From NCBI GenBank assembly GCA_965226055.1, contig CBDDCA010000005.1, forward strand, positions 128,001 to 192,000: a DNA stretch of 64,000 bases, written 5' to 3'. Source of the stretch: Spirochaetia bacterium (lineage in GTDB: Bacteria > Spirochaetota > Spirochaetia > WTKD01 > G963693115). Both the position numbers and the translations under genes were made by a program. Below the pieces are notes generated by a model. It did not search any database, was not told the origin of the DNA, and saw only the letters and a program-made list of their open reading frames with translations. Below are positions 47,654 to 57,175 of this stretch, in pieces. Each line of letters opens with the position of its first letter. Within the stretch, counting starts at the first letter, position 1.

Positions 47654-49414
47654 ATGAATGGTATAATGATATCGTTTAAATATTATGGTTTACTCCTTTT
47701 ACTGGGACTTTGTTCGGCTCTTTTATTATTTTTAAGTTTGCCTAATTTTTTTGTTTTATATGGAATACCCTATATAGGGTTTATTTGCATTGTTCCATTA
47801 CTTATTGCTCTTTTCTTCAGCCCAAGCATTCGGAGTGCATTTTTTATTGTAACAATATGGACAGTAGTATATGTTACTGCCATTTTCTTTTGGTTACTTA
47901 ATTTTCAAGAAATGGCACTCCTTGCTTACTTAGGGGTACTCATTGGCTCTATTCTACTCTATGCAAATGTTATTACAAGCATAAAATGTATTATGAATAG
48001 CTTTACTGCTGTGTATCGACCATTTCTTATTGCTATTTTCTGGGTAGGCTATGAATATATGCGGTCTCGTGGGTATCTTGCTTTTCCTTGGGCATTATTA
48101 TCACAGGCAAGTTATCATATTGACCCTTTTGTACAAATAGCCAGTATTGGTGGTGATTGGCTTGTCAGCTTTATGGTAGCATATACAAATGCAGTATTGT
48201 TTGAAGTAATACTGTACATGCTACGAAATGATAATAAAGCAATAGCATTACAACACAGTAACACACTGTTACCTATGTATCAAAAACCATTACGTTATCA
48301 TATTACACTGCTCCACAAAAAAAACTACAGAGCTAATTATAGAACAACACCACATCCTATGTACTTCCATGTATGCTTTTTAGGCATCTTATTTACTCTT
48401 AGCTTTATATATGGCGTGCATTCATTACAACAACAAAAGTATATGGACACAGACAAAAAAATATCCACTTTAGGGTTACAGCAAAACACTGATAGTTGGA
48501 ATACAGACGATAAAATTGCAGCACTAAAAACTCTTATTGACACAACTCAAACAGCACTCAATACCCTTGACAAAACACCAGATATACTATTTTGGAGCGA
48601 AACAAGCCTCTTTTACTCATATCAACCAAAAGAGTTACCAGACAGTAGGTATTTTTATGAATCAAATCCCCCACATTTTCCTTTTACTCGTTTTTTACAG
48701 ACTAACAATATTCCTCTTGTTACTGGCATTCCAGTTCAAAAAAAAGAAAATGATACTAAACAATTTTTCAATAGTGCTATCGTATTATCTCCATCAGGAG
48801 AAGTGCTTGATTCATATGCAAAAAATCAATTAGTGCCATTTGCAGAACATATACCAGCAAGTGATAATCCTATAGTAAGAAGTATACTTACAGCTTTAGG
48901 AATACAGTCTCTGTGGACACCAGGGCGTTCTGTACATACCGTGAGTGTCCCTATTCAAAATAACACCACTAACAAAGAAAGTACCATTACCTTAGGAATA
49001 GCGATATGTTTTGAAGATGCGTTCTCATTTATAACACGAACACATGCAAATCTTGGTGCAGAACTATTAGTAAATCTTTCCAATGTAAGCTGGTCAAAAA
49101 CAAAAAGTGCTCAAGTACAACAGCTTATTGCATCAAAATTTCGTAGTATTGAGACAGGTCTCCCTATGATTCGAGTAACAAACAGTGGAGTAAACGCAAT
49201 CATCAATCCATGGGGACAAGTAGTACAACAAACTCCCATGTTTGAAACTAATACGATGTTTTCTGAAATTCCGCTTATTTCTATTCCTACCCTCTATCGT
49301 ACGATAGGAGATTCTTTTGCTATACTATGCCTTATTGGGTTTATCATAATCATATTATTATGCATCATCAATTATAAGAAACACATAGCTCTCAATGAAA
49401 GAAAGAGCATATGA
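47654..49414 (+). CDS. lnt: Apolipoprotein N-acyltransferase
   Basis: TM N-terminus, FPW, and CN-hydrolase triad regions WSETS, YAKNQLVPFAE and ICFED. Confidence 0.95.
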   Translation: MNGIMISFKYYGLLLLLGLCSALLLFLSLPNFFVLYGIPYIGFICIVPLLIALFFSPSIRSAFFIVTIWTVVYVTAIFFWLLNFQEMALLAYLGVLIGSILLYANVITSIKCIMNSFTAVYRPFLIAIFWVGYEYMRSRGYLAFPWALLSQASYHIDPFVQIASIGGDWLVSFMVAYTNAVLFEVILYMLRNDNKAIALQHSNTLLPMYQKPLRYHITLLHKKNYRANYRTTPHPMYFHVCFLGILFTLSFIYGVHSLQQQKYMDTDKKISTLGLQQNTDSWNTDDKIAALKTLIDTTQTALNTLDKTPDILFWSETSLFYSYQPKELPDSRYFYESNPPHFPFTRFLQTNNIPLVTGIPVQKKENDTKQFFNSAIVLSPSGEVLDSYAKNQLVPFAEHIPASDNPIVRSILTALGIQSLWTPGRSVHTVSVPIQNNTTNKESTITLGIAICFEDAFSFITRTHANLGAELLVNLSNVSWSKTKSAQVQQLIASKFRSIETGLPMIRVTNSGVNAIINPWGQVVQQTPMFETNTMFSEIPLISIPTLYRTIGDSFAILCLIGFIIIILLCIINYKKHIALNERKSI

Positions 49415-49474
49415 CACAAAACAGCTGATACAATGTGACAAAGCACAAATAGTAGAAATGATAAAATAGCCTTA

Positions 49475-49720
49475 TCAGTCTTTTATATTAAAACGCTTTC
49501 TAAATCTATCTATTCTTCCGCCAGTATCAATAAGTTTTTGCTGACCTGTATAAAAAGGATGAGAAGAGCTAGAAATTTCTAATTCAACAAGTGGATATTC
49601 TGTCCCTTCTACTGCCTCAGTTTTTTTGCTTTGTAATGTTGAGTGTATCTTAAATGTCTCTCCAGTTGACATATCTTTAAAAAGCACCTCTTGGTACTTT
49701 GGGTGTATATCTTTTTTCAT
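49475..49720 (-). CDS. rpmE: 50S ribosomal protein L31 type B (zinc-free)
   Basis: MKKDIHPKY and ISSSSHPFYTG motifs; 81 aa with no Cys. Confidence 0.97.
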   Translation of the reverse strand: MKKDIHPKYQEVLFKDMSTGETFKIHSTLQSKKTEAVEGTEYPLVELEISSSSHPFYTGQQKLIDTGGRIDRFRKRFNIKD

Positions 49721-49789
49721 ATTCCTCCTTCATAGATTATACCTACTTTCTCTTTATTGTATCATACTATACATTATTGACTATGCACA

Positions 49790-51328
49790 TTATTGACTAT
49801 TCATAGATAAGAGAAAATCTTTATTATTCTTTGATTTAGACATTCTATCTACCAATAGCTCAGTTACTTCTAAATCATCCATGTTATTTATTACTTTACG
49901 TAAAACCCACATTTTTTGCAACTCACCCTCAGTGAGTAAAAGATCTTCCCTTCTTGTTCCAGAACGCTTACAGTTTATAGCGGGGTACACCCTTCTTTCT
50001 GATAGCTTTCTATCAAGGTTAATTTCCATATTTCCTGTTCCCTTAAATTCTTCAAAAATAACTTCATCCATCCTACTTCCTGTTTCTATCAAAGCGGTAG
50101 CCACTATAGTAAGGCTTCCTCCATCCTCAATGTTCCGAGCTGCACCAAAAAAACGTTTTGGCTTATGCAAAGCATTAGAGTCAACCCCTCCCGAAAGAAC
50201 TTTGCCTGATGCAGGAATAGTTTGATTATATGCGCGAGCAAGACGTGTAATAGAATCTAAAAGTATTACAACATCTCTCTTATGCTCAATCAATCTTTTT
50301 GCTTTTTCAATTACCATTTCTGCTACCTGCACATGACGTGTAGCTTGTTCATCAAACGTTGAGGATATCACTTCCGCTTTTACATTTCTTTGCATATCAG
50401 TCACTTCTTCAGGACGTTCATCTATAAGAAGTACAATAAGATATACCTCTGGATGATTTGCGGTTATTGCATTTGCAATTTTCTGTAATAAAATTGTCTT
50501 TCCAGTACGAGGAGGAGCTACAACAAGCCCTCTTTGTCCTTTTCCTATAGGACAGAATAAATTTATAATTCTTGTAGCAATTTCATTATTAGATTCTGTT
50601 TCAAGCTCTAAACGAGTATCAGGATAAAGAGGAGTAAGATGATCAAATGGAATACGTGTAATAGCATTATTTCGATTATCAAAATTTATGCTTTCTATTT
50701 TATTCAAGGCAAAAAACCGTTCTCCTTCTTTCGGCAAACGAATAATCCCTTCAACAGTATCACCAGTTTTAAGATTCATTTTTCGAATATGAGCAGGAGA
50801 AACATATATATCTCCAGGACCCGGTAAATACGAATTATGAGATGAACGCAAAAAGCCATATGAATCAGACATAATTTCTAGGGTCCCTCGTGCATGTGCA
50901 ACAATACCTCCTTGAATAAATATATTTAATATCTTAAAAATAAGCTCTTGTTTTTTTAATGCTGAAATACTCTCGTAATCTAAGCCAATTTTTAAGGCAA
51001 GATCACGTAAATCAAGAATTGATTTCTCTGTTAACTCATCATGGTATACATCAGTTGTATCATTAAATTCGCTTGGCATTTTTATTGCTGATGTTTCTTG
51101 TTCAATACGTTGCTGTTGTAACCCAACTTCTTCCTGTGCTTGTTTGTTTCCTAAATGATCATGTTTTTTCTTTTTATTTCTTATATTTTTTCGTACGGGT
51201 TCTTTTTTAATTTTCTTATCAGATCGTAGCCTTACTTCTATTCTTTTACTCTCATGTCCTTTAGCTTCATTACTTAGCTCATTTTGAGTTATTTTCTGAG
51301 TACTATCTTCTTCTTTGTTTTCTTCCAT
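49790..51328 (-). CDS. rho: Transcription termination factor Rho
   Basis: [14 protein letters not shown]...[20 protein letters not shown] and FEEFKGTGN motifs. Confidence 0.99.
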   Translation of the reverse strand: MEENKEEDSTQKITQNELSNEAKGHESKRIEVRLRSDKKIKKEPVRKNIRNKKKKHDHLGNKQAQEEVGLQQQRIEQETSAIKMPSEFNDTTDVYHDELTEKSILDLRDLALKIGLDYESISALKKQELIFKILNIFIQGGIVAHARGTLEIMSDSYGFLRSSHNSYLPGPGDIYVSPAHIRKMNLKTGDTVEGIIRLPKEGERFFALNKIESINFDNRNNAITRIPFDHLTPLYPDTRLELETESNNEIATRIINLFCPIGKGQRGLVVAPPRTGKTILLQKIANAITANHPEVYLIVLLIDERPEEVTDMQRNVKAEVISSTFDEQATRHVQVAEMVIEKAKRLIEHKRDVVILLDSITRLARAYNQTIPASGKVLSGGVDSNALHKPKRFFGAARNIEDGGSLTIVATALIETGSRMDEVIFEEFKGTGNMEINLDRKLSERRVYPAINCKRSGTRREDLLLTEGELQKMWVLRKVINNMDDLEVTELLVDRMSKSKNNKDFLLSMNSQ

Positions 51329-51616
51329 TTTATCTCCATCTTTATTTATATAAGTTTAATTATTAACTTTCATAACTTTTAAAAAAATACTGCATTTCTT
51401 TCTTATAGAATTCCTTCACACTATTCTATAAATACAAATAAAATCTATAGTAATGATAAACCATTTTATGATTACCTTACCATAGGCATAAAAACCTCTA
51501 GTATACTACTTATTAGGAAGATATTGCCATCTACAAATATACATTGCTTATAATTTTATTATGAATATGCCATATAGATATCCCAATATACTTTAAGAAA
51601 ATTCAGCACTCTCTTA

Positions 51617-51644
51617 AGTATAATACATTATATAATTTTGTCAA
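51617..51644 (-). promoter_or_regulatory. Putative sigma70 promoter of rho
   Basis: TTGACA (51644-51639), 16 nt, TATACT (51622-51617). Confidence 0.65.
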
Positions 51645-51671
51645 TACTTAATTTCCAAATCTACGTCCTGC

Positions 51672-51701
51672 TTGACACATTCCTACTAATTCTAGTATTA
51701 T
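51672..51701 (+). promoter_or_regulatory. sigma70 promoter of tRNA-fMet
   Basis: TTGACA (51672-51677), 18 nt, TATTAT (51696-51701). Confidence 0.7.
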
Positions 51702-51712
51702 TATAGTAATAT

Positions 51713-51785
<73 letters not shown>

Positions 51786-51804
51786 AATAAAAAACCTGTA
51801 TCAT

Positions 51805-52551
51805 ATGGATATCTCTGCACTTGTATCTTCCTTACAATCTCTTCCTCCTATTGTAATATCGCTTTTAACATTTGCTATTGCATATACATGTCTCTCTCTT
51901 TTTGCATTCTTTTTCGGAAAATCTGGACTATACTGTTATATGGTTATTGCCCTCATCATGGCAAATATACAGGTACTAAAAGTAAGTCAATTTTCATTTT
52001 TTAGTAGCCCAGTTGCATTAGGAACCGAGTTATTTGCAAGCACCTATCTTGCTACAGATATTTTAGCTGAAGTATACGGAAAAAAATCTGCCAAAAAAGC
52101 AGTTATGATTGGTTTTTTTGCATTGATAGTATGGACACTTTTTTCAATACTCACTCTATCGTTTAGACCTATCCCTGATGATACTATGCAAAATACCTTA
52201 AATACAATATTTTTACCTTTTCCTCGTTTTTTGATTGCAAGCATGGTAGCCTATCTCATTAGCCAAACATTTGATGTATATATATTTTCTTATCTAAAAA
52301 ATACACATAACAGTAAATACCTTTGGTTACGCAACAATCTTTCTACAATACTTTCTTCACTTATTGATAATATAGTATTTAGCGTTATTGCATTTGTGAT
52401 ATTAAATCCAGAGCCCATAAAACTACCAATACTTATTATGACATATATATTAGGAACTTATTTATTTCGACTTTTTGCAGCACTACTTGACACTCCAGTG
52501 GTATACTTTGTAAGTAAGTCACTAAAAAATAAAACAAAGCATATTATATAA
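51805..52551 (+). CDS. yhhQ: Queuosine precursor transporter (COG1738/YhhQ)
   Basis: ANIQVLK, YLATDILAEVYG, SQTFDV, WLRNNLST..S.LIDN and LDTP motifs. Adjacent to tgt. Confidence 0.92.
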   Translation: MDISALVSSLQSLPPIVISLLTFAIAYTCLSLFAFFFGKSGLYCYMVIALIMANIQVLKVSQFSFFSSPVALGTELFASTYLATDILAEVYGKKSAKKAVMIGFFALIVWTLFSILTLSFRPIPDDTMQNTLNTIFLPFPRFLIASMVAYLISQTFDVYIFSYLKNTHNSKYLWLRNNLSTILSSLIDNIVFSVIAFVILNPEPIKLPILIMTYILGTYLFRLFAALLDTPVVYFVSKSLKNKTKHII

Positions 52552-52568
52552 TAAACACTGTAAAGTCA

Positions 52569-53783
52569 ATGAGCATTAACCTGCACTCTTTGTATCCATA
52601 TTTTTCTTTTGATTATAATACTATTTTTTCAAAAGCTCGGCTAGGAACACTAAATACCCCACATGGAACTGTGCATACTCCTAACTTTATATTCTGTGCT
52701 ACAAAAGCGAGTATAAAAGCAATACCTTCCTATACTATGCAAGAGCTTGGTGCAGAAATTATACTTGCTAATACCTACCATCTTATGCTACAGCCTGGCT
52801 CAGAACTCATTGCACAACAAAATGGCATTCATTCCTTTATGGGATGGCAAAAACCAATGCTAAGCGACTCAGGAGGGTATCAAGTTTTTTCTATGGGATA
52901 CGGTTCAGTATCATCTGAAATTAAAAAAAGTGCTAATAGGAGCTTTCCAAAAAGTATCCTTTCTATCAATGAAGATGGAGTATATTTTAAGTCTTATATA
53001 GATGGTGCTACTATATTCCTTAGCCCCGAACAATCTATTAAAACACAAAGAGAAATAGGCTGTGATATTATACTGCAGTTTGATGAGTGTACTCCTTACC
53101 ATGTTGATAAGGAATATACTCAACAATCTATGGAGCTATCATTACGCTGGGGAAAACGTAGCCTTGTAAATTTCATGCAACACAGCACAGAAACTCAGGC
53201 TCTCTATGGTATTATCCAAGGCGGTATATATCAAGATTTACGAAAAAAAAGTGCAGAATCAACAATGGAACAGAATTTTTTTGGCACAGCTATTGGCGGG
53301 AGCTTAGGAAAAAATAATCAAGAAATGCAAGACATAGTTGCACTTACAACACAGTATTTACATCCCTCTCGCCCTGTACACCTTTTAGGGATTGGTGATC
53401 TAAAAAGTATCTTTTGGGGAGTGCGACATGGAATTGACACATTTGATTGTGTTCATCCCACTCGTATTGCAAGACACGCAATAGCGTTAATACCAATAAA
53501 TAACGAAGGTAAGACACAGCTTAATCTTCGTAATAGTAAGCATAAGCAAGAATCAGAAGCCATAGATTCACATTGTCCTCACCCTTGCTGTACCCAATAC
53601 TCAAGAGCGTACATACACCATCTGTTTAAGGCAAAAGAGCTATTAGCAATGCAATTACTCTCTATGCATAATATAGGGTTTATGGTAAGAGTATTACAGT
53701 CAATACGAGATGCCTTAGCTAACAACACCCCTGAACAAGCATATAATGATACCGAAAAATATTGGATAGGAAATTCACAATAA
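52569..53783 (+). CDS. tgt: tRNA-guanine transglycosylase
   Basis: ARLG...TPHG, LANTYHL, SDSGGYQVFS, FDEC, GIIQGG and DTFDCVHPTR motifs. Confidence 0.97.
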   Translation: MSINLHSLYPYFSFDYNTIFSKARLGTLNTPHGTVHTPNFIFCATKASIKAIPSYTMQELGAEIILANTYHLMLQPGSELIAQQNGIHSFMGWQKPMLSDSGGYQVFSMGYGSVSSEIKKSANRSFPKSILSINEDGVYFKSYIDGATIFLSPEQSIKTQREIGCDIILQFDECTPYHVDKEYTQQSMELSLRWGKRSLVNFMQHSTETQALYGIIQGGIYQDLRKKSAESTMEQNFFGTAIGGSLGKNNQEMQDIVALTTQYLHPSRPVHLLGIGDLKSIFWGVRHGIDTFDCVHPTRIARHAIALIPINNEGKTQLNLRNSKHKQESEAIDSHCPHPCCTQYSRAYIHHLFKAKELLAMQLLSMHNIGFMVRVLQSIRDALANNTPEQAYNDTEKYWIGNSQ

Positions 53784-53892
53784 AAATAAAGGAAACTCTA
53801 ATTACTAACCGAACAATAGTTATACAAGGACTTATAAGTGAAAGAGTAAAAAAATACATATATCTCTCCTCTCTTATATGTAATACACTATT

Positions 53893-55038
53893 ATGAAAAT
53901 AAACAGTGCGTACTTTTACTGCCCTTCTCAACAAGGCACTGCACATAGAGCCTTTTATCCTCATAGTACAATAGCAATAGCAGAAGGATTGCATGCATTA
54001 CACATTCCCATTTTCAGCAATAACAACTATTGGCTACTTGACGATAAAAACAAAACATATCTTTTTACTAAAAAGCAAAACATAGAAGCAGCAGATTGCG
54101 ATCTCATATTATTAAGTGCAGAATATTTATTACAAGGAGAACCTTTTCCTCATTTTTTGAAAAAGAAACAGAACAATAAAGTATTGGTATTTATTGATAT
54201 TTCTGATGGAGTATATTCTCACTCATTTTATAAAAACATACAACACTTTGATATTATACTACGTGCAAGCTATAATAGTGCAGCAAAAGGGTATCCTAGC
54301 AATATGCATCCATGGTGTTTTGGTAGTCCACAAAGAATTATTGATGCTTGTAAAAACCAACAAAAAGCATGGAATGAGCGAAACAAAACCTTACTTTGCA
54401 ACCACAGAGTAGCTCATCCAATACGTACCATAATACAAAAAAGCCCTCTCTATTCAAAGATAGCTTCCCGTTTTGCTTTAGACACACACACAGAACCCTT
54501 TGATGTCCCAAAAGAACCAGAAGCATTATTAAATTGGACACGTACAGGAAGAAGACATTACCCTCAATATTACCAGCGTTTGTGTAATGCTCAAGCAAGT
54601 GCCTGCTTTGGAGGATACTTTTATAGCAAAAGGCTTTTTCCATTGCATCTTCGCTATTATACAAAAAACAAAAAAAAGCCTTTTATGAATCGTACAAAAG
54701 AATTTTTATGTGCAGTATATAATAAACTCATTCCTCATACAAAAAAAATAATATATCAATGGGATAGCTTTCGACTATGGGAAAGCTTTGCTGCAAGCTG
54801 CTTAGTATTTCATATAAATTTTGAAAAATATACACTAGCTCTCCCTGTGATGCCTCAAAACAGAATACACTATATTGGCGTTGCCCTTGATTCCTTAGAG
54901 GATGATATAGAATTTTTACTACACTCCGATGACACAGTATTAGCAAATATAGCAGAAAAAGGACATAAATGGATGTTGGAACATTATAGCCCTCTTCCTA
55001 TGGCTCAACGATTACTCAGCTTATGTTCAGCAATATAG
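53893..55038 (+). CDS. Putative GT-B glycosyltransferase (CgeB/Glyco_trans_1_2-like C-terminus)
   Basis: WDSFRLWESFAASC and IAEKGHKWMLEHYSP resemble GT-B C-terminal segments. Confidence 0.6.
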   Translation: MKINSAYFYCPSQQGTAHRAFYPHSTIAIAEGLHALHIPIFSNNNYWLLDDKNKTYLFTKKQNIEAADCDLILLSAEYLLQGEPFPHFLKKKQNNKVLVFIDISDGVYSHSFYKNIQHFDIILRASYNSAAKGYPSNMHPWCFGSPQRIIDACKNQQKAWNERNKTLLCNHRVAHPIRTIIQKSPLYSKIASRFALDTHTEPFDVPKEPEALLNWTRTGRRHYPQYYQRLCNAQASACFGGYFYSKRLFPLHLRYYTKNKKKPFMNRTKEFLCAVYNKLIPHTKKIIYQWDSFRLWESFAASCLVFHINFEKYTLALPVMPQNRIHYIGVALDSLEDDIEFLLHSDDTVLANIAEKGHKWMLEHYSPLPMAQRLLSLCSAI

Positions 55039-55040
55039 CA

Positions 55041-55997
55041 CTAGGCATTCCTTATCTTTGTGTACTCAGCTGCTATTTTCGCTCCTAAGAGAGCATTATT
55101 CTTTACTAGCTGTATATTAGAAAACAAGCTCTTCTTTTCTGTTCTTTCTGCAATATATGAAAGTAAAAAGGGAGTAGTAGCTTTTCCTACTATACCTTTT
55201 AAGGAACATTGTTGTAACGCCTCTTCTACTACTGTATGTATATACGATTCATCCATAGAATATTCTTCAGGAATTGGATTAGCAATAACAACACCAGTAT
55301 GTCCAGAAACTTCTCCATATTCACGAGAAGAAACAAGAGACCACTTGATAGCAAGAAATTTAGCAATTTTTTCTACTGTATCAAGACTCATATCAAGATT
55401 AAAATTACTATTGCGAGTATAGAAAGCAGGCAAAACCTCCGTTTTATATCCAATCACTGGCACAGCTTTTGTTTCTAAGTATTCTAATGTAAGCCTTAAA
55501 TCAAGTATTGATTTAGCTCCCGCGCATACTACTGCAACAGGAGTTTTAGACAACTCATCAAGATCTGCAGAAATATCAAAACTTGTTTCTGCTCCACGAT
55601 GTACCCCTCCTATTCCTCCAGTAGCAAACACAGATATACCAGCAAGATGTGCTATATACATAGTAGCAGCAACAGTAGTTCCTCCACTTCTCTTCTGTAC
55701 AAGAGCAAAAGGAATATCTTTTGTACTTACTTTCAGCATTGTATTGCTATCCTGTTTTGCTACATTATCAAGCTCCTCTGCACTTAAGCCAACACGAATA
55801 GTGCCATCAATAATTGCAATAGTTGCAGGAGTAGCTCCATTTGCTCGAATTGTTTCTTCAAGTAACACAGCGGTATCCCTATTTTCAGGATATGGCATAC
55901 CATGAGTAATAATAGTAGATTCAAGTGCTACTATTGCCTTTTTCTCATCATATGCTCTTTTCACTTCATGAGAATAATGAATTTTTAATGATTTCAT
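55041..55997 (-). CDS. psuG: Pseudouridine-5'-phosphate glycosidase
   Basis: VALESTIITHGMPYP, TTVAATM, FATGGIGGVHRG and DISADL motifs. Confidence 0.97.
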   Translation of the reverse strand: MKSLKIHYSHEVKRAYDEKKAIVALESTIITHGMPYPENRDTAVLLEETIRANGATPATIAIIDGTIRVGLSAEELDNVAKQDSNTMLKVSTKDIPFALVQKRSGGTTVAATMYIAHLAGISVFATGGIGGVHRGAETSFDISADLDELSKTPVAVVCAGAKSILDLRLTLEYLETKAVPVIGYKTEVLPAFYTRNSNFNLDMSLDTVEKIAKFLAIKWSLVSSREYGEVSGHTGVVIANPIPEEYSMDESYIHTVVEEALQQCSLKGIVGKATTPFLLSYIAERTEKKSLFSNIQLVKNNALLGAKIAAEYTKIRNA

Positions 55998-56062
55998 ACT
56001 TCACTCCTTATAATTCAATTAGTACTTATAATAGTACATTGATACATCTTATATCATATATT

Positions 56063-57133
56063 TTATTTTTTAGAAAAAATTTGCATTCGCAATTTCTGTA
56101 TTACGCTCTCACTGATACTGCTAGATACTGCACTATTACTCTGTATGGTGTGACTTGCTACAGTCATTCCATATTCTACAGATTCTTGTAGAGAATAGTT
56201 ATTATATAACGCATATACTATGCCTGCACATAGAGAGTCTCCTGCACCAGTAGTACTTTTTACTTGCAAAGTATTTGATATTGTATTGTCCAGATATATA
56301 TGCTTATGTTCAACTATACCATAATTTGCATTATGATTTTTTGTTATATACCATACTCCATTTTTCCCCATAGAAACTACAAGCCCACCAAGCCCTCTTG
56401 TAATAAGCAGCATACCAATTTCATACAATAGTGAAAAAAAAGTACTATCTTGAACATGAAATACATCTTTTTCTTTATAACAATCAGTATCAATACCACT
56501 ATGAATAAAATGTAGTATATCATTATAATAACTAGAGTGCAAATCTTTAATAACAGAAGCCAGTTCTGCCACATTTGTCTTTAACAAAAAAATACCATCT
56601 ATACAAGTTTGAACTTTATGTGCCTTTGCTCCTGACACTGTGTCAACGATATATTGCGTACCTTTTATATCATGTACAATATAATCCAAACTTTCCTGAG
56701 AAAGATTTGTGTCTAATACACAAAATGAAGAACTTGTTATACAGCTCCTTTTTGTAGCAAAATAAGCAATATTCATTTCTTCTACTATATCCATATCCGA
56801 TATTGCATACACCATTTCCCCTTGCTCGTTATGAAAGGCATTATAACACGATGTATTAGCATCATTAAGCAACAACATATGAGAACAATCAAGAGAAGAA
56901 AAAGCAGTACTTTTCATATACTCCATCAATATAGTACCTAACATATCTTTTGCTGCTACACTCATGAGAATGCTAGGAATTCCAAGACGACAAAGATTTT
57001 CAGCAATATTTCGTGCAACTCCACCAAAAGATATTCGTATTGCCCCTTTATGAGAATCTTGCATAATCAAACTTGAAGTATATGCTTGCGATAAAACATC
57101 AACATTTGAGGCTCCAATAACACATACACTCAC
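56063..57133 (-). CDS. psuK: Pseudouridine kinase (PfkB family)
   Basis: GGVARNIAENL and TTGAGDS motifs; directly upstream of psuG. GTG start after AAGGAG. Confidence 0.82.
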   Translation of the reverse strand: MSVCVIGASNVDVLSQAYTSSLIMQDSHKGAIRISFGGVARNIAENLCRLGIPSILMSVAAKDMLGTILMEYMKSTAFSSLDCSHMLLLNDANTSCYNAFHNEQGEMVYAISDMDIVEEMNIAYFATKRSCITSSSFCVLDTNLSQESLDYIVHDIKGTQYIVDTVSGAKAHKVQTCIDGIFLLKTNVAELASVIKDLHSSYYNDILHFIHSGIDTDCYKEKDVFHVQDSTFFSLLYEIGMLLITRGLGGLVVSMGKNGVWYITKNHNANYGIVEHKHIYLDNTISNTLQVKSTTGAGDSLCAGIVYALYNNYSLQESVEYGMTVASHTIQSNSAVSSSISESVIQKLRMQIFSKK

Positions 57134-57175
57134 AATCTTTTATACTCCTTATTTCGCGTTAGATATATTATGAAG

